Assembly: GCA_022563455.1 (NCBI GenBank)
Contig: JADFNI010000002.1
Span: 1-51,790 of the forward strand
From: Nanobdellota archaeon
GTDB taxonomy: Archaea; Nanobdellota; Nanobdellia; Pacearchaeales; GW2011-AR1
Length of the DNA: 51,790 bases
Direction of reading: 5' to 3'
The position numbers and the translations under genes are program-made. Under the pieces are notes generated by a model that was not told where the DNA came from, did not search any database, and saw only the letters and a list, made by a program, of their open reading frames with translations. Positions 45,560 to 51,790 of this stretch are shown here, piece after piece. Every line of letters begins with the position of its first letter. Position 1 is the stretch's first letter.

Positions 45560-46597
45560 ATGAAAAAAATGAAACTAAAAACAGCACTTTTTTTAGTAGT
45601 AGCTTTAGCATGGCTTATAGGCGCATCAGGAGTTTTATATTTTTATCTTAGTTTAGGGGAAGTTTTAACAGAGAAATCTATAGATCATCTACTAACAGCA
45701 GCTGAATCAAGAGCAGATCATATCAACACATTTTTAGATGGAAAAAAGAATATTGCAGCTGAGTTTAGTTCTGATTCATTTATTAGGGAGAGTCTGGTTT
45801 TGTTGAAAAATGAAGAAAATTATGCTCAAATTAGCGATAATTTAAGTCTGTATTTGCTTCTGAATAAGATTGTGATAGATAAGGATGCTTATCAAGTTCA
45901 TGTCTTAGATACTAGGGGGACTGTTGTTGCTGGATCAGATATAAACGGGAAAGGCCTTGGAAAAAATAGCTTAAAGAGTGAATCATTTGTCAATGGAAAG
46001 ATTAAACCATTTATCAGCGGTATTTTTTATGACGAGGAATTCAATAGAAATGCTTATGCTGTGTCTGCACCAATACGTTCAGGAGGAGCATTTTTAGGAG
46101 TTATTGTGATTAAGATGGATTTAGAGACATTGTTTCGTATAACTACCGATAGAACGGGGCTAGGAAAGACTGGCGAGATCTATATTATAAATGAAGAAAA
46201 TTATCTTCTTACTCCTTCGCGGTTTTTAAGAGGAGAAAATAAGGGAATTTTAACTCAAGTTGTTGATACGGAAAATTCTAAAAAGTGTTTTGAAGGTATT
46301 GGGCGCTATGGGGCATTTGATGATGAAGAATTAGCAGAACACAGTAAGACAAGCGAAGAGGTTATTTTTGAAGATTACAGAGGGGAAGATGTTTTGGGAG
46401 TACATAGTCATATAATAAGCCAGCCTTGGTGTTTAATCGCAGAAATAGATAAATCAGAAGCATTATCAGCTCCACGAAAGAAATTATTAATCGTTTCTTT
46501 ATTTATTTTATTTGCCATGTCTTTTTTGTATATCTTACTTGCACATTTTTCTAGAAAGCTTTTGGATAAAGAAGAAAAATCTTGGGGGAAAAGGTGA
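45560..46597 (+). CDS. Output-less Cache-like sensor-domain protein (TM, extracytoplasmic domain, TM)
   Basis: RTGLGKTGEIYIINEENYLLTPSRF, KKCFEG, FEDYRGEDVLGVHSHI, PWCLIAEIDKSEAL. The second TM (LLIVSLFILFAMSFLYILLA) has a ~20-aa tail. Confidence 0.65.
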   Translation: MKKMKLKTALFLVVALAWLIGASGVLYFYLSLGEVLTEKSIDHLLTAAESRADHINTFLDGKKNIAAEFSSDSFIRESLVLLKNEENYAQISDNLSLYLLLNKIVIDKDAYQVHVLDTRGTVVAGSDINGKGLGKNSLKSESFVNGKIKPFISGIFYDEEFNRNAYAVSAPIRSGGAFLGVIVIKMDLETLFRITTDRTGLGKTGEIYIINEENYLLTPSRFLRGENKGILTQVVDTENSKKCFEGIGRYGAFDDEELAEHSKTSEEVIFEDYRGEDVLGVHSHIISQPWCLIAEIDKSEALSAPRKKLLIVSLFILFAMSFLYILLAHFSRKLLDKEEKSWGKR

Positions 46598-46621
46598 AAA
46601 ACAAAATATGGCAAGAATAAA

Positions 46622-47530
46622 ATGAGGAAATTGATTTTTAATGTTATGATTTTGAGCCTTTTGATTTTTGTTAGTTGGGGCAGTTTTATGATTTATAATA
46701 ATTATTCAGGCAATGGTGCTTTAGAAAATGAAGTTTATTCTTATTTGGAAAGTGTTGCTGAGTCTAAAGCGAATAGAATTGGTTTTTTCTTAGATGAAAG
46801 AAAAGACGATTTAGTTTTTTTGGCTTCATCAAAAGAGGTAGCTGATTTACTGAATGAGGGGCAAATAACAAAATCTATTGATGATAAACTAACCTTTTTC
46901 CAAGAGGTGAATAATTATTTAGATTTAATTTTAATGGATGTTAATGGAGAAGTTTTGTGGAGTGCAAAACAAAAAGAACTTATTGGGATTAATTTAAGTG
47001 GGGACGAAAGTACAAAGTTGGGTGAGGTTTATAATAAGGTAAAAAATGATTTTGGAGTTGGAATTTTTGATTCTGGATATTATAGTGGAAATGAAAAATT
47101 GTCTGTTTTTGTTACAACTCCAGTTTTAGTTGATTCTTTGAGTGTAAGCGGGAAAAAAGACATTCTTGGGATAATTGCTTTACAGATTGATAATTCTCAA
47201 ATTGAACAAAGGATTCAAAGTGATGTTGGCTTGGAAGAATCTGGGAAGATTTACTTAGTCAATAGGGATGGAACTGTAACTGCTGGACTTGAGGGGATAG
47301 TTGAAATTAATACTCAAATGTATAAGGATTGTTTTAAAGATTATAATAATTATTATTTTGAAAGAGCGGGGCAAGAGATTGAGCTTATTGATGGCAGTGG
47401 AATTTATGAAAATTATAATGGGGATAGTGTTTTTGGGGCACATCAGTATATTCTAGAAACTGGTTGGTGCGTGATGGTTGAAATTGAAAAAAATAAATTT
47501 TATGATTCTTTGGGGGGAAAGGGAAAATGA
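46622..47530 (+). CDS. Cache-like sensor-domain protein with an N-terminal TM only (no second TM)
   Basis: VGLEESGKIYLVNRDGTV, KDCFKD, YENYNGDSVFGAHQYI and GWCVMVEIEKNKF, then only 9 more residues. ATGA overlap with the downstream SBP gene. Confidence 0.6.
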   Translation: MRKLIFNVMILSLLIFVSWGSFMIYNNYSGNGALENEVYSYLESVAESKANRIGFFLDERKDDLVFLASSKEVADLLNEGQITKSIDDKLTFFQEVNNYLDLILMDVNGEVLWSAKQKELIGINLSGDESTKLGEVYNKVKNDFGVGIFDSGYYSGNEKLSVFVTTPVLVDSLSVSGKKDILGIIALQIDNSQIEQRIQSDVGLEESGKIYLVNRDGTVTAGLEGIVEINTQMYKDCFKDYNNYYFERAGQEIELIDGSGIYENYNGDSVFGAHQYILETGWCVMVEIEKNKFYDSLGGKGK

Positions 47531-48669
47531 AGCTATCAATACTTTTGCCAATTATCTTTTTATTTGTTGGTTTGGTTGGAGGTTATATCTTTTTTAGTTT
47601 TGTATCTGAGAGTTATGAGAGTTCACAACAACCATTAAATAATGTCGGTGAAAAAGAGCCATTATCTTTATTTCTTGATATATGGGCCGGATATGCTCCG
47701 GCAATTATTGCTCTTGAAAAAGGATTTTTTGAAAAAAGAGGAGTAAATGTAAACATAAATGTAACATCTGACTATTCTAACCTACCTGATAAGCTAAAAA
47801 GGTATGATGGTTTTTTTGGAACATATCCCCGTGCAATTTTACTTAATGGTCAGGGAACCCCTGTCAAAGTAGTTTATGTTAGTGATTTTTCAGACGGTGC
47901 AGATGTTATAGTTAGCAAACCTGAAATTAAAAATGTAAAAGATTTAGAGGGTAAAACAATAAGCGTTGAGGAGCTTGATACATATTCTCATTTATTTGTG
48001 ATATCTTTATTAAATAAATTTGGAGTAGAAGAAGCAAGCGTTAATTTTGTTGAAATTCATCCCAGCAAGATAATAGAGGCCTTAGAAGAAGACAGGATTG
48101 ATGCAGGACACACATGGGAGCCAACACAAACACAAGCTATTGATATGGGTTACAAATTGCTTATTACTTCGGTAGATACTCCAAGGATTATTACTGATGT
48201 TTTAATTCTAAATGAAGACGTTGTAAAGAATAGGAATAATGATGTTAGAATGATAGTTGATGGTTTGTTTGAAGCCCTTGAATTTATAGATAAAAATCCT
48301 GATGAAGCGCATATTATTATAGATAAGAAACTTGGTATTCCTAAGAAAGAGTTTGAGAATTCTGTTAAATGGTTGAAATTTCCAAATAGAGAAGAAAATG
48401 TGCAGGCCTTTACTGAATTAGAAAGTGATTATGATCTGACTTCTTTATATGAAAGTGGTAAATTTATTTCTGAATTTTATGTTACGCGTGGTTTAATAAA
48501 TGGTTCTGTGGATGTAAATGCTTTATTAGACTCTAGATTTGTTAGAGGAGACGAGAATCCCATAAAAATAATTTCTCCTATAATCGTTGTTATTTTGATT
48601 TTGATTTTGATTTTATCCGGATTTTTTATTGGTAGATATTTTGATTTATTTAAGGAGGGAAGAAAATGA
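47527..48669 (+). CDS. NMT1/THI5-like (nitrate/sulfonate/bicarbonate-type) solute-binding protein, anchored by both an N- and a C-terminal TM
   Basis: IWAGYAPAIIALEKGFFEKRGVNVNI, VKDLEGKTISVEE.DTYSHLF, IDAGHTWEPT. TMs LLPIIFLFVGLVGGYIFFSF and IISPIIVVILILILILSGFFIG. Confidence 0.7.
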   Translation: MKLSILLPIIFLFVGLVGGYIFFSFVSESYESSQQPLNNVGEKEPLSLFLDIWAGYAPAIIALEKGFFEKRGVNVNINVTSDYSNLPDKLKRYDGFFGTYPRAILLNGQGTPVKVVYVSDFSDGADVIVSKPEIKNVKDLEGKTISVEELDTYSHLFVISLLNKFGVEEASVNFVEIHPSKIIEALEEDRIDAGHTWEPTQTQAIDMGYKLLITSVDTPRIITDVLILNEDVVKNRNNDVRMIVDGLFEALEFIDKNPDEAHIIIDKKLGIPKKEFENSVKWLKFPNREENVQAFTELESDYDLTSLYESGKFISEFYVTRGLINGSVDVNALLDSRFVRGDENPIKIISPIIVVILILILILSGFFIGRYFDLFKEGRK

Positions 48670-50006
48670 TTAAAGACAGTAGTTTATTTTTTATGATTTT
48701 TGTCGTCAGTGTTTTTATGGTTGTAGAATTTCAGATTTATGTAAGTGTTTTTTCTTCTGACAATGATTTTGATAATCAAGTTGAAAATCACTTGATTAGT
48801 ACTGTTCAAATTAAGGGAGAGAGAATCAATGATTATTTTTTAGAAAGAAAACATGATGCTTTAGTTTTGGCTGATTCGGTTGAGGTCAAGAAATTATTGC
48901 AAGGAGATGTTGGAATGGGAGTTGAAATTATTGAAAAGAATATTAAAAATGATTTGGATGTTATTTCTAAACAAATTGAGATTTTTGTTGGTAAATATCC
49001 GAAATTGAGTTTTTCTGAATTACAAGAAGATTTTGAGTTTCAGAATATTGTATCTAGAGGACTAGGCGAAACAGGATCTACTTTTCTTGTAGATTTTAAC
49101 AGTTTTGATAAGGGAGAATTTGATTATTATAATTCAGCGAGTGTAAGGACTAGTGACGAGGTATTGTTAGGTGTTGCAGCAAAAGTTAACTTAAACGAAT
49201 TTAAAATTTTAGATAATCCTCCAGTTGATTTAACAAATTCTATGGAAAGATTTAGAGAAATTTCTGATTATAAAAATTTAATTTTAATTAATCCTGAAGG
49301 ATATGTTATTTATGAAGTTGATAGTGGAAGTGAACTTGGGACTAATTTGAATTTTAATGCATATAATAAACTTCCTTTGGGAAAAGCTTATTTCGAAGCT
49401 AAAGATTCTAGAAGTGTAATTGTTTATGGTCCTTACTTAGGGATAGGGGAAACTGAACTTGTTCTTTTGTTTTTAGCTAAGGTTTACGAAGGAGAAAGAT
49501 TTCTTGGAATGATTGTATTACAAGATTCGATGAATGCTGTTAACATTATCTCTACAGAGTCAGCTGGTCTTGGAAAAACGGGAGACTCTTATATTGTTGA
49601 TGAAAATAAATTTTTAATTACCTCTTCTAAAATGGGTGGAGCTGACTTACTTATACAGGAAGTTAAAACAGAAAATACAAAAAGGTGTTTTGCCGAAACT
49701 ATTGGAAAAATTTCATATTTTGAGGATTTTAAAGGGGATTTTGTTATTGGAACTTATGTAAATATCTTGGAAGTTGAGTGGTGTTTAGTTGCAGAAATCA
49801 GCGAACAGGAAGTTTTTGATACTCCAAAGCAAGGAAAAATTAGGCAGGATTTAGCGGTTATTATTATATTGAATTTAGCCTTGTTAATTTTTGGATGGAT
49901 TTTTACGAGGAATTTAACTATAAATGACACTACTTTAAGTACGAAAAAAAGGGTGGAGGAGAAAAAGATGGAGGGGGAAGAAAGGGTGGAGGAAGAAAAT
50001 GAATAA
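48666..50006 (+). CDS. Output-less Cache-like sensor-domain protein (larger, probably double module)
   Basis: SAGLGKTGDSYIVDENKFLITSS, KRCFAE, FEDFKGDFVIGTYVNI, EWCLVAEISEQEVF. Second TM LAVIIILNLALLIFGWIF, followed by a ~45-aa Glu/Lys-rich tail. Confidence 0.65.
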   Translation: MIKDSSLFFMIFVVSVFMVVEFQIYVSVFSSDNDFDNQVENHLISTVQIKGERINDYFLERKHDALVLADSVEVKKLLQGDVGMGVEIIEKNIKNDLDVISKQIEIFVGKYPKLSFSELQEDFEFQNIVSRGLGETGSTFLVDFNSFDKGEFDYYNSASVRTSDEVLLGVAAKVNLNEFKILDNPPVDLTNSMERFREISDYKNLILINPEGYVIYEVDSGSELGTNLNFNAYNKLPLGKAYFEAKDSRSVIVYGPYLGIGETELVLLFLAKVYEGERFLGMIVLQDSMNAVNIISTESAGLGKTGDSYIVDENKFLITSSKMGGADLLIQEVKTENTKRCFAETIGKISYFEDFKGDFVIGTYVNILEVEWCLVAEISEQEVFDTPKQGKIRQDLAVIIILNLALLIFGWIFTRNLTINDTTLSTKKRVEEKKMEGEERVEEENE

Positions 50007-50490
50007 ATTATGTTTAATAATTATAATTGGGATAATATTCTTTAATTTTATTGGTATTGCGTCTGTTTCGGCACTTAGTATAACTGTTCATGTGCCTGAA
50101 AAATATAATGAGGTGAATGCTGGAGAAAGATTTTATTTTGAGATTTCAGTTAAATATCCTGAGAACCCTACGAGAATTGATTTAAGATTAACTTATGAAG
50201 TTGTTGATGCGAATGGAGAGGTTATTGCTTCTGCTAAGACTTTGAAAGCGGTGGAAACTCAAGCATCTTTTATTGATTTTATTGTTCTTCCAGATGAAAT
50301 GGAATTTGGTAGACATGAAATTGATATCTTGGTAAGAGATTATGGAGACTTAGATGAAAAGGTAGGTTCAAGTTTTAATGTTACAAGGAATAGAGTTGAT
50401 ACGCTTTTCACATATGTTTATATTTTAATTGGAGCTGTTGTCTTACTTTTAATATTAATTATTGTAGTATTGTTAAGGAGGGGAAGATGA
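49999..50490 (+). CDS. Bitopic Ig-like/CARDB-like membrane protein, paralog of 4549..5139
   Basis: ALSITVHVPEKYNEVNAGERFYFEISVKYPENPTRIDLRLTYEVVD..AVETQASFIDFIVLP. C-terminal TM YILIGAVVLLLILIIVVLL. Overlaps both neighbours. Confidence 0.65.
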   Translation: MNKLCLIIIIGIIFFNFIGIASVSALSITVHVPEKYNEVNAGERFYFEISVKYPENPTRIDLRLTYEVVDANGEVIASAKTLKAVETQASFIDFIVLPDEMEFGRHEIDILVRDYGDLDEKVGSSFNVTRNRVDTLFTYVYILIGAVVLLLILIIVVLLRRGR

Positions 50491-51617
50491 ATAATAATCT
50501 TTTAAATAAAAAACTCCTGTATGGAGTGATTCTTTTACTTTTTGCGATACTATTTCTTTTTCTTATCTTTGACGGTTATTTTGAGTTAGACCGAGATATA
50601 AGAATCTATTCAGCAGAGGCTGTAGACATTATTGATCAAAGAATAACATCTCTTTTATTTGAAGTGAATGTTTTTCCCCAATTTGCAGGAGATGATCTTA
50701 TTTTCCTTAGTAAGTTATCTAGTTTTAAAAAAGTAGCATACTCAACAGAAGATAGTAATGTTAATTTAGTCGATTTGGAAAATGATTTTTTAGCATTTTT
50801 AAAAGAAAGCACGGCATATTATCAGCTTGGTTATATCGACGGTCAAGGAAATGAAATTGTAAAGGTAGAATATGATAGAAAAAATTATATGGTAATCACA
50901 AAGGAACATCTAGGCAACGAGAAAGATGAGTTTTATTTTACTGAGGCATTTAATTTTGATTATAAAGATTTTTATATTTCTAGAATTAGCTTAAATGTGA
51001 AGGACGAAGAAATAGAAAATAGGGGTACAATAGAAAATCCAGAGTATGTTCCTATTGTTTTAGTTGCTACTCCTGTATTTGATGAAAACAAGAAAAAAAT
51101 GGGAGTTGTTTTCTTGAGTTTTTATGCTGATTATTTTTTGGCTGATATTAGAAATTTTCAGAGGGAAGGGGAAGAGATTTTTTTAATTAATGAAGGGGGA
51201 GATTATCTTGCTCACTCAAACAGGGAAAAAGAATTCGCTTTTATTTTTGGAGGGGATGAAAATATTTATAAGGATTATCCGGAGATTACCCAAGAAATTC
51301 TGTTTGATTATTATGAGAGGAGATTCGAAACAAGTGATTTAATTTTTTCTTTTAGATATCTTTATCCAACGATTGGAGGCTTTAGGGTTAATGAATTTTC
51401 TGAAAACACCTTTGGAAGGAATCCTGAAGAGAGTAATTTTTGGGTTTTAGTAAGTGTTTCAGATAAAAGTGTAATAGATAACACTGTTAAAGAGTTAAAG
51501 AGTAAATATCTTTACTTTTTATTATTTTCAGGGTTAATTGTTTTTATAATTATCCTTTTGATATTTGTTGCTGTCTTCAAAGGGTTTGATAGTAAATCTT
51601 TTAGGGAGAAAAAATGA
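50487..51617 (+). CDS. Output-less Cache-like sensor-domain protein (divergent)
   Basis: N-terminal TM LLYGVILLLFAILFLFLIF. Periodic Cache-like pattern (YQLGYIDGQGNEIVKVE, PIVLVATPVFDENKKKMGVVFLSF, EGEEIFLINEGGDYLAHSN, FWVLVSVSDKSVI). Second TM LYFLLFSGLIVFIIILLIFVAVF with a 13-aa tail. Confidence 0.55.
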   Translation: MNNNLLNKKLLYGVILLLFAILFLFLIFDGYFELDRDIRIYSAEAVDIIDQRITSLLFEVNVFPQFAGDDLIFLSKLSSFKKVAYSTEDSNVNLVDLENDFLAFLKESTAYYQLGYIDGQGNEIVKVEYDRKNYMVITKEHLGNEKDEFYFTEAFNFDYKDFYISRISLNVKDEEIENRGTIENPEYVPIVLVATPVFDENKKKMGVVFLSFYADYFLADIRNFQREGEEIFLINEGGDYLAHSNREKEFAFIFGGDENIYKDYPEITQEILFDYYERRFETSDLIFSFRYLYPTIGGFRVNEFSENTFGRNPEESNFWVLVSVSDKSVIDNTVKELKSKYLYFLLFSGLIVFIIILLIFVAVFKGFDSKSFREKK

Positions 51618-51790
51618 AAAAATTTGTAATTCTTATGGTATTATTATATATGTTAAATTTTATTGGCATGGCTTCTGTCTCTGCCTTAAGCATAGTTGTG
51701 CATGTTCCTGAGAAATATGTAGATGTACAGGCAGGAGAAAGGTTTTATTTTGAGATTGAGATTAAGTATCCTGAGAATCCTTCGAGAAGT
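51614..51790 (+). CDS. Bitopic Ig-like/CARDB-like membrane protein, 3'-truncated by the window edge
   Basis: Hand translation: MKKFVILMVLLYMLNFIGMASVSALSIVVHVPEKYVDVQAGERFYFEIEIKYPENPSRS. It is almost colinear with the N-terminus of 49999..50490. ATGA overlap with the upstream stop. Confidence 0.7.
   Translation, partial: MKKFVILMVLLYMLNFIGMASVSALSIVVHVPEKYVDVQAGERFYFEIEIKYPENPSRS

Noticed and set aside
1-51790. Search by eye for tRNA/rRNA genes, transposases, integrases, phage genes or known defence genes
   Set aside because: I recognised none. Intergenic regions are short and AT-rich with no cloverleaf-like GC-rich segments. This is a negative result by inspection only and should be confirmed with tRNAscan-SE, Infernal and defence-system HMMs.

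Overview
AT-rich (about two-thirds A+T by eye), densely coding window. It most likely comes from a small-genome archaeon of the DPANN type. This is inferred from KaiC-like, Lrp/AsnC and ArsR-like wHTH genes, a UbiA prenyltransferase next to an FAD reductase, TATA-like AT-rich promoters, and huge sequon-rich LamG surface proteins. No search could be run to confirm any of this.

Layout:
(a) 1-6094 (+): the 3' part of a large repeat-containing surface protein (the gene continues upstream of the window). It is followed by three small membrane proteins, a TM-anchored Ig-like protein and an output-less Cache-like protein.
(b) 6100-18000, mixed strands: housekeeping and regulatory block. It holds RadC, type-1 IPP isomerase, an HMGL-family synthase, YjbQ, UbiA, an FAD oxidoreductase, a V4R-like protein, a Na+/solute symporter, a KaiC-like ATPase, several small wHTH regulators and a family of unannotated mini-ORFs.
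(c) 18088-43264, all (+): a ~25-kb surface-protein island bracketed by two paralogous 70-aa wHTH regulators. It contains a 4,000-aa and a 1,665-aa protein plus six smaller secreted or anchored proteins that share shuffled modules, and an unannotated 32-aa Cys/Lys-rich ORF.
(d) 43426-51790, all (+): a translationally coupled array of membrane-tethered extracytoplasmic ligand-binding proteins. It holds 2 solute-binding proteins and 5 Cache-like proteins with no output domain, alternating near the end with small Ig-like anchored proteins. There is no transporter, kinase or MCP partner.

I recognised no rRNA, tRNA, CRISPR array, transposase or integrase. All domain calls come from reading motifs in the translations; no HMM or BLAST was run.
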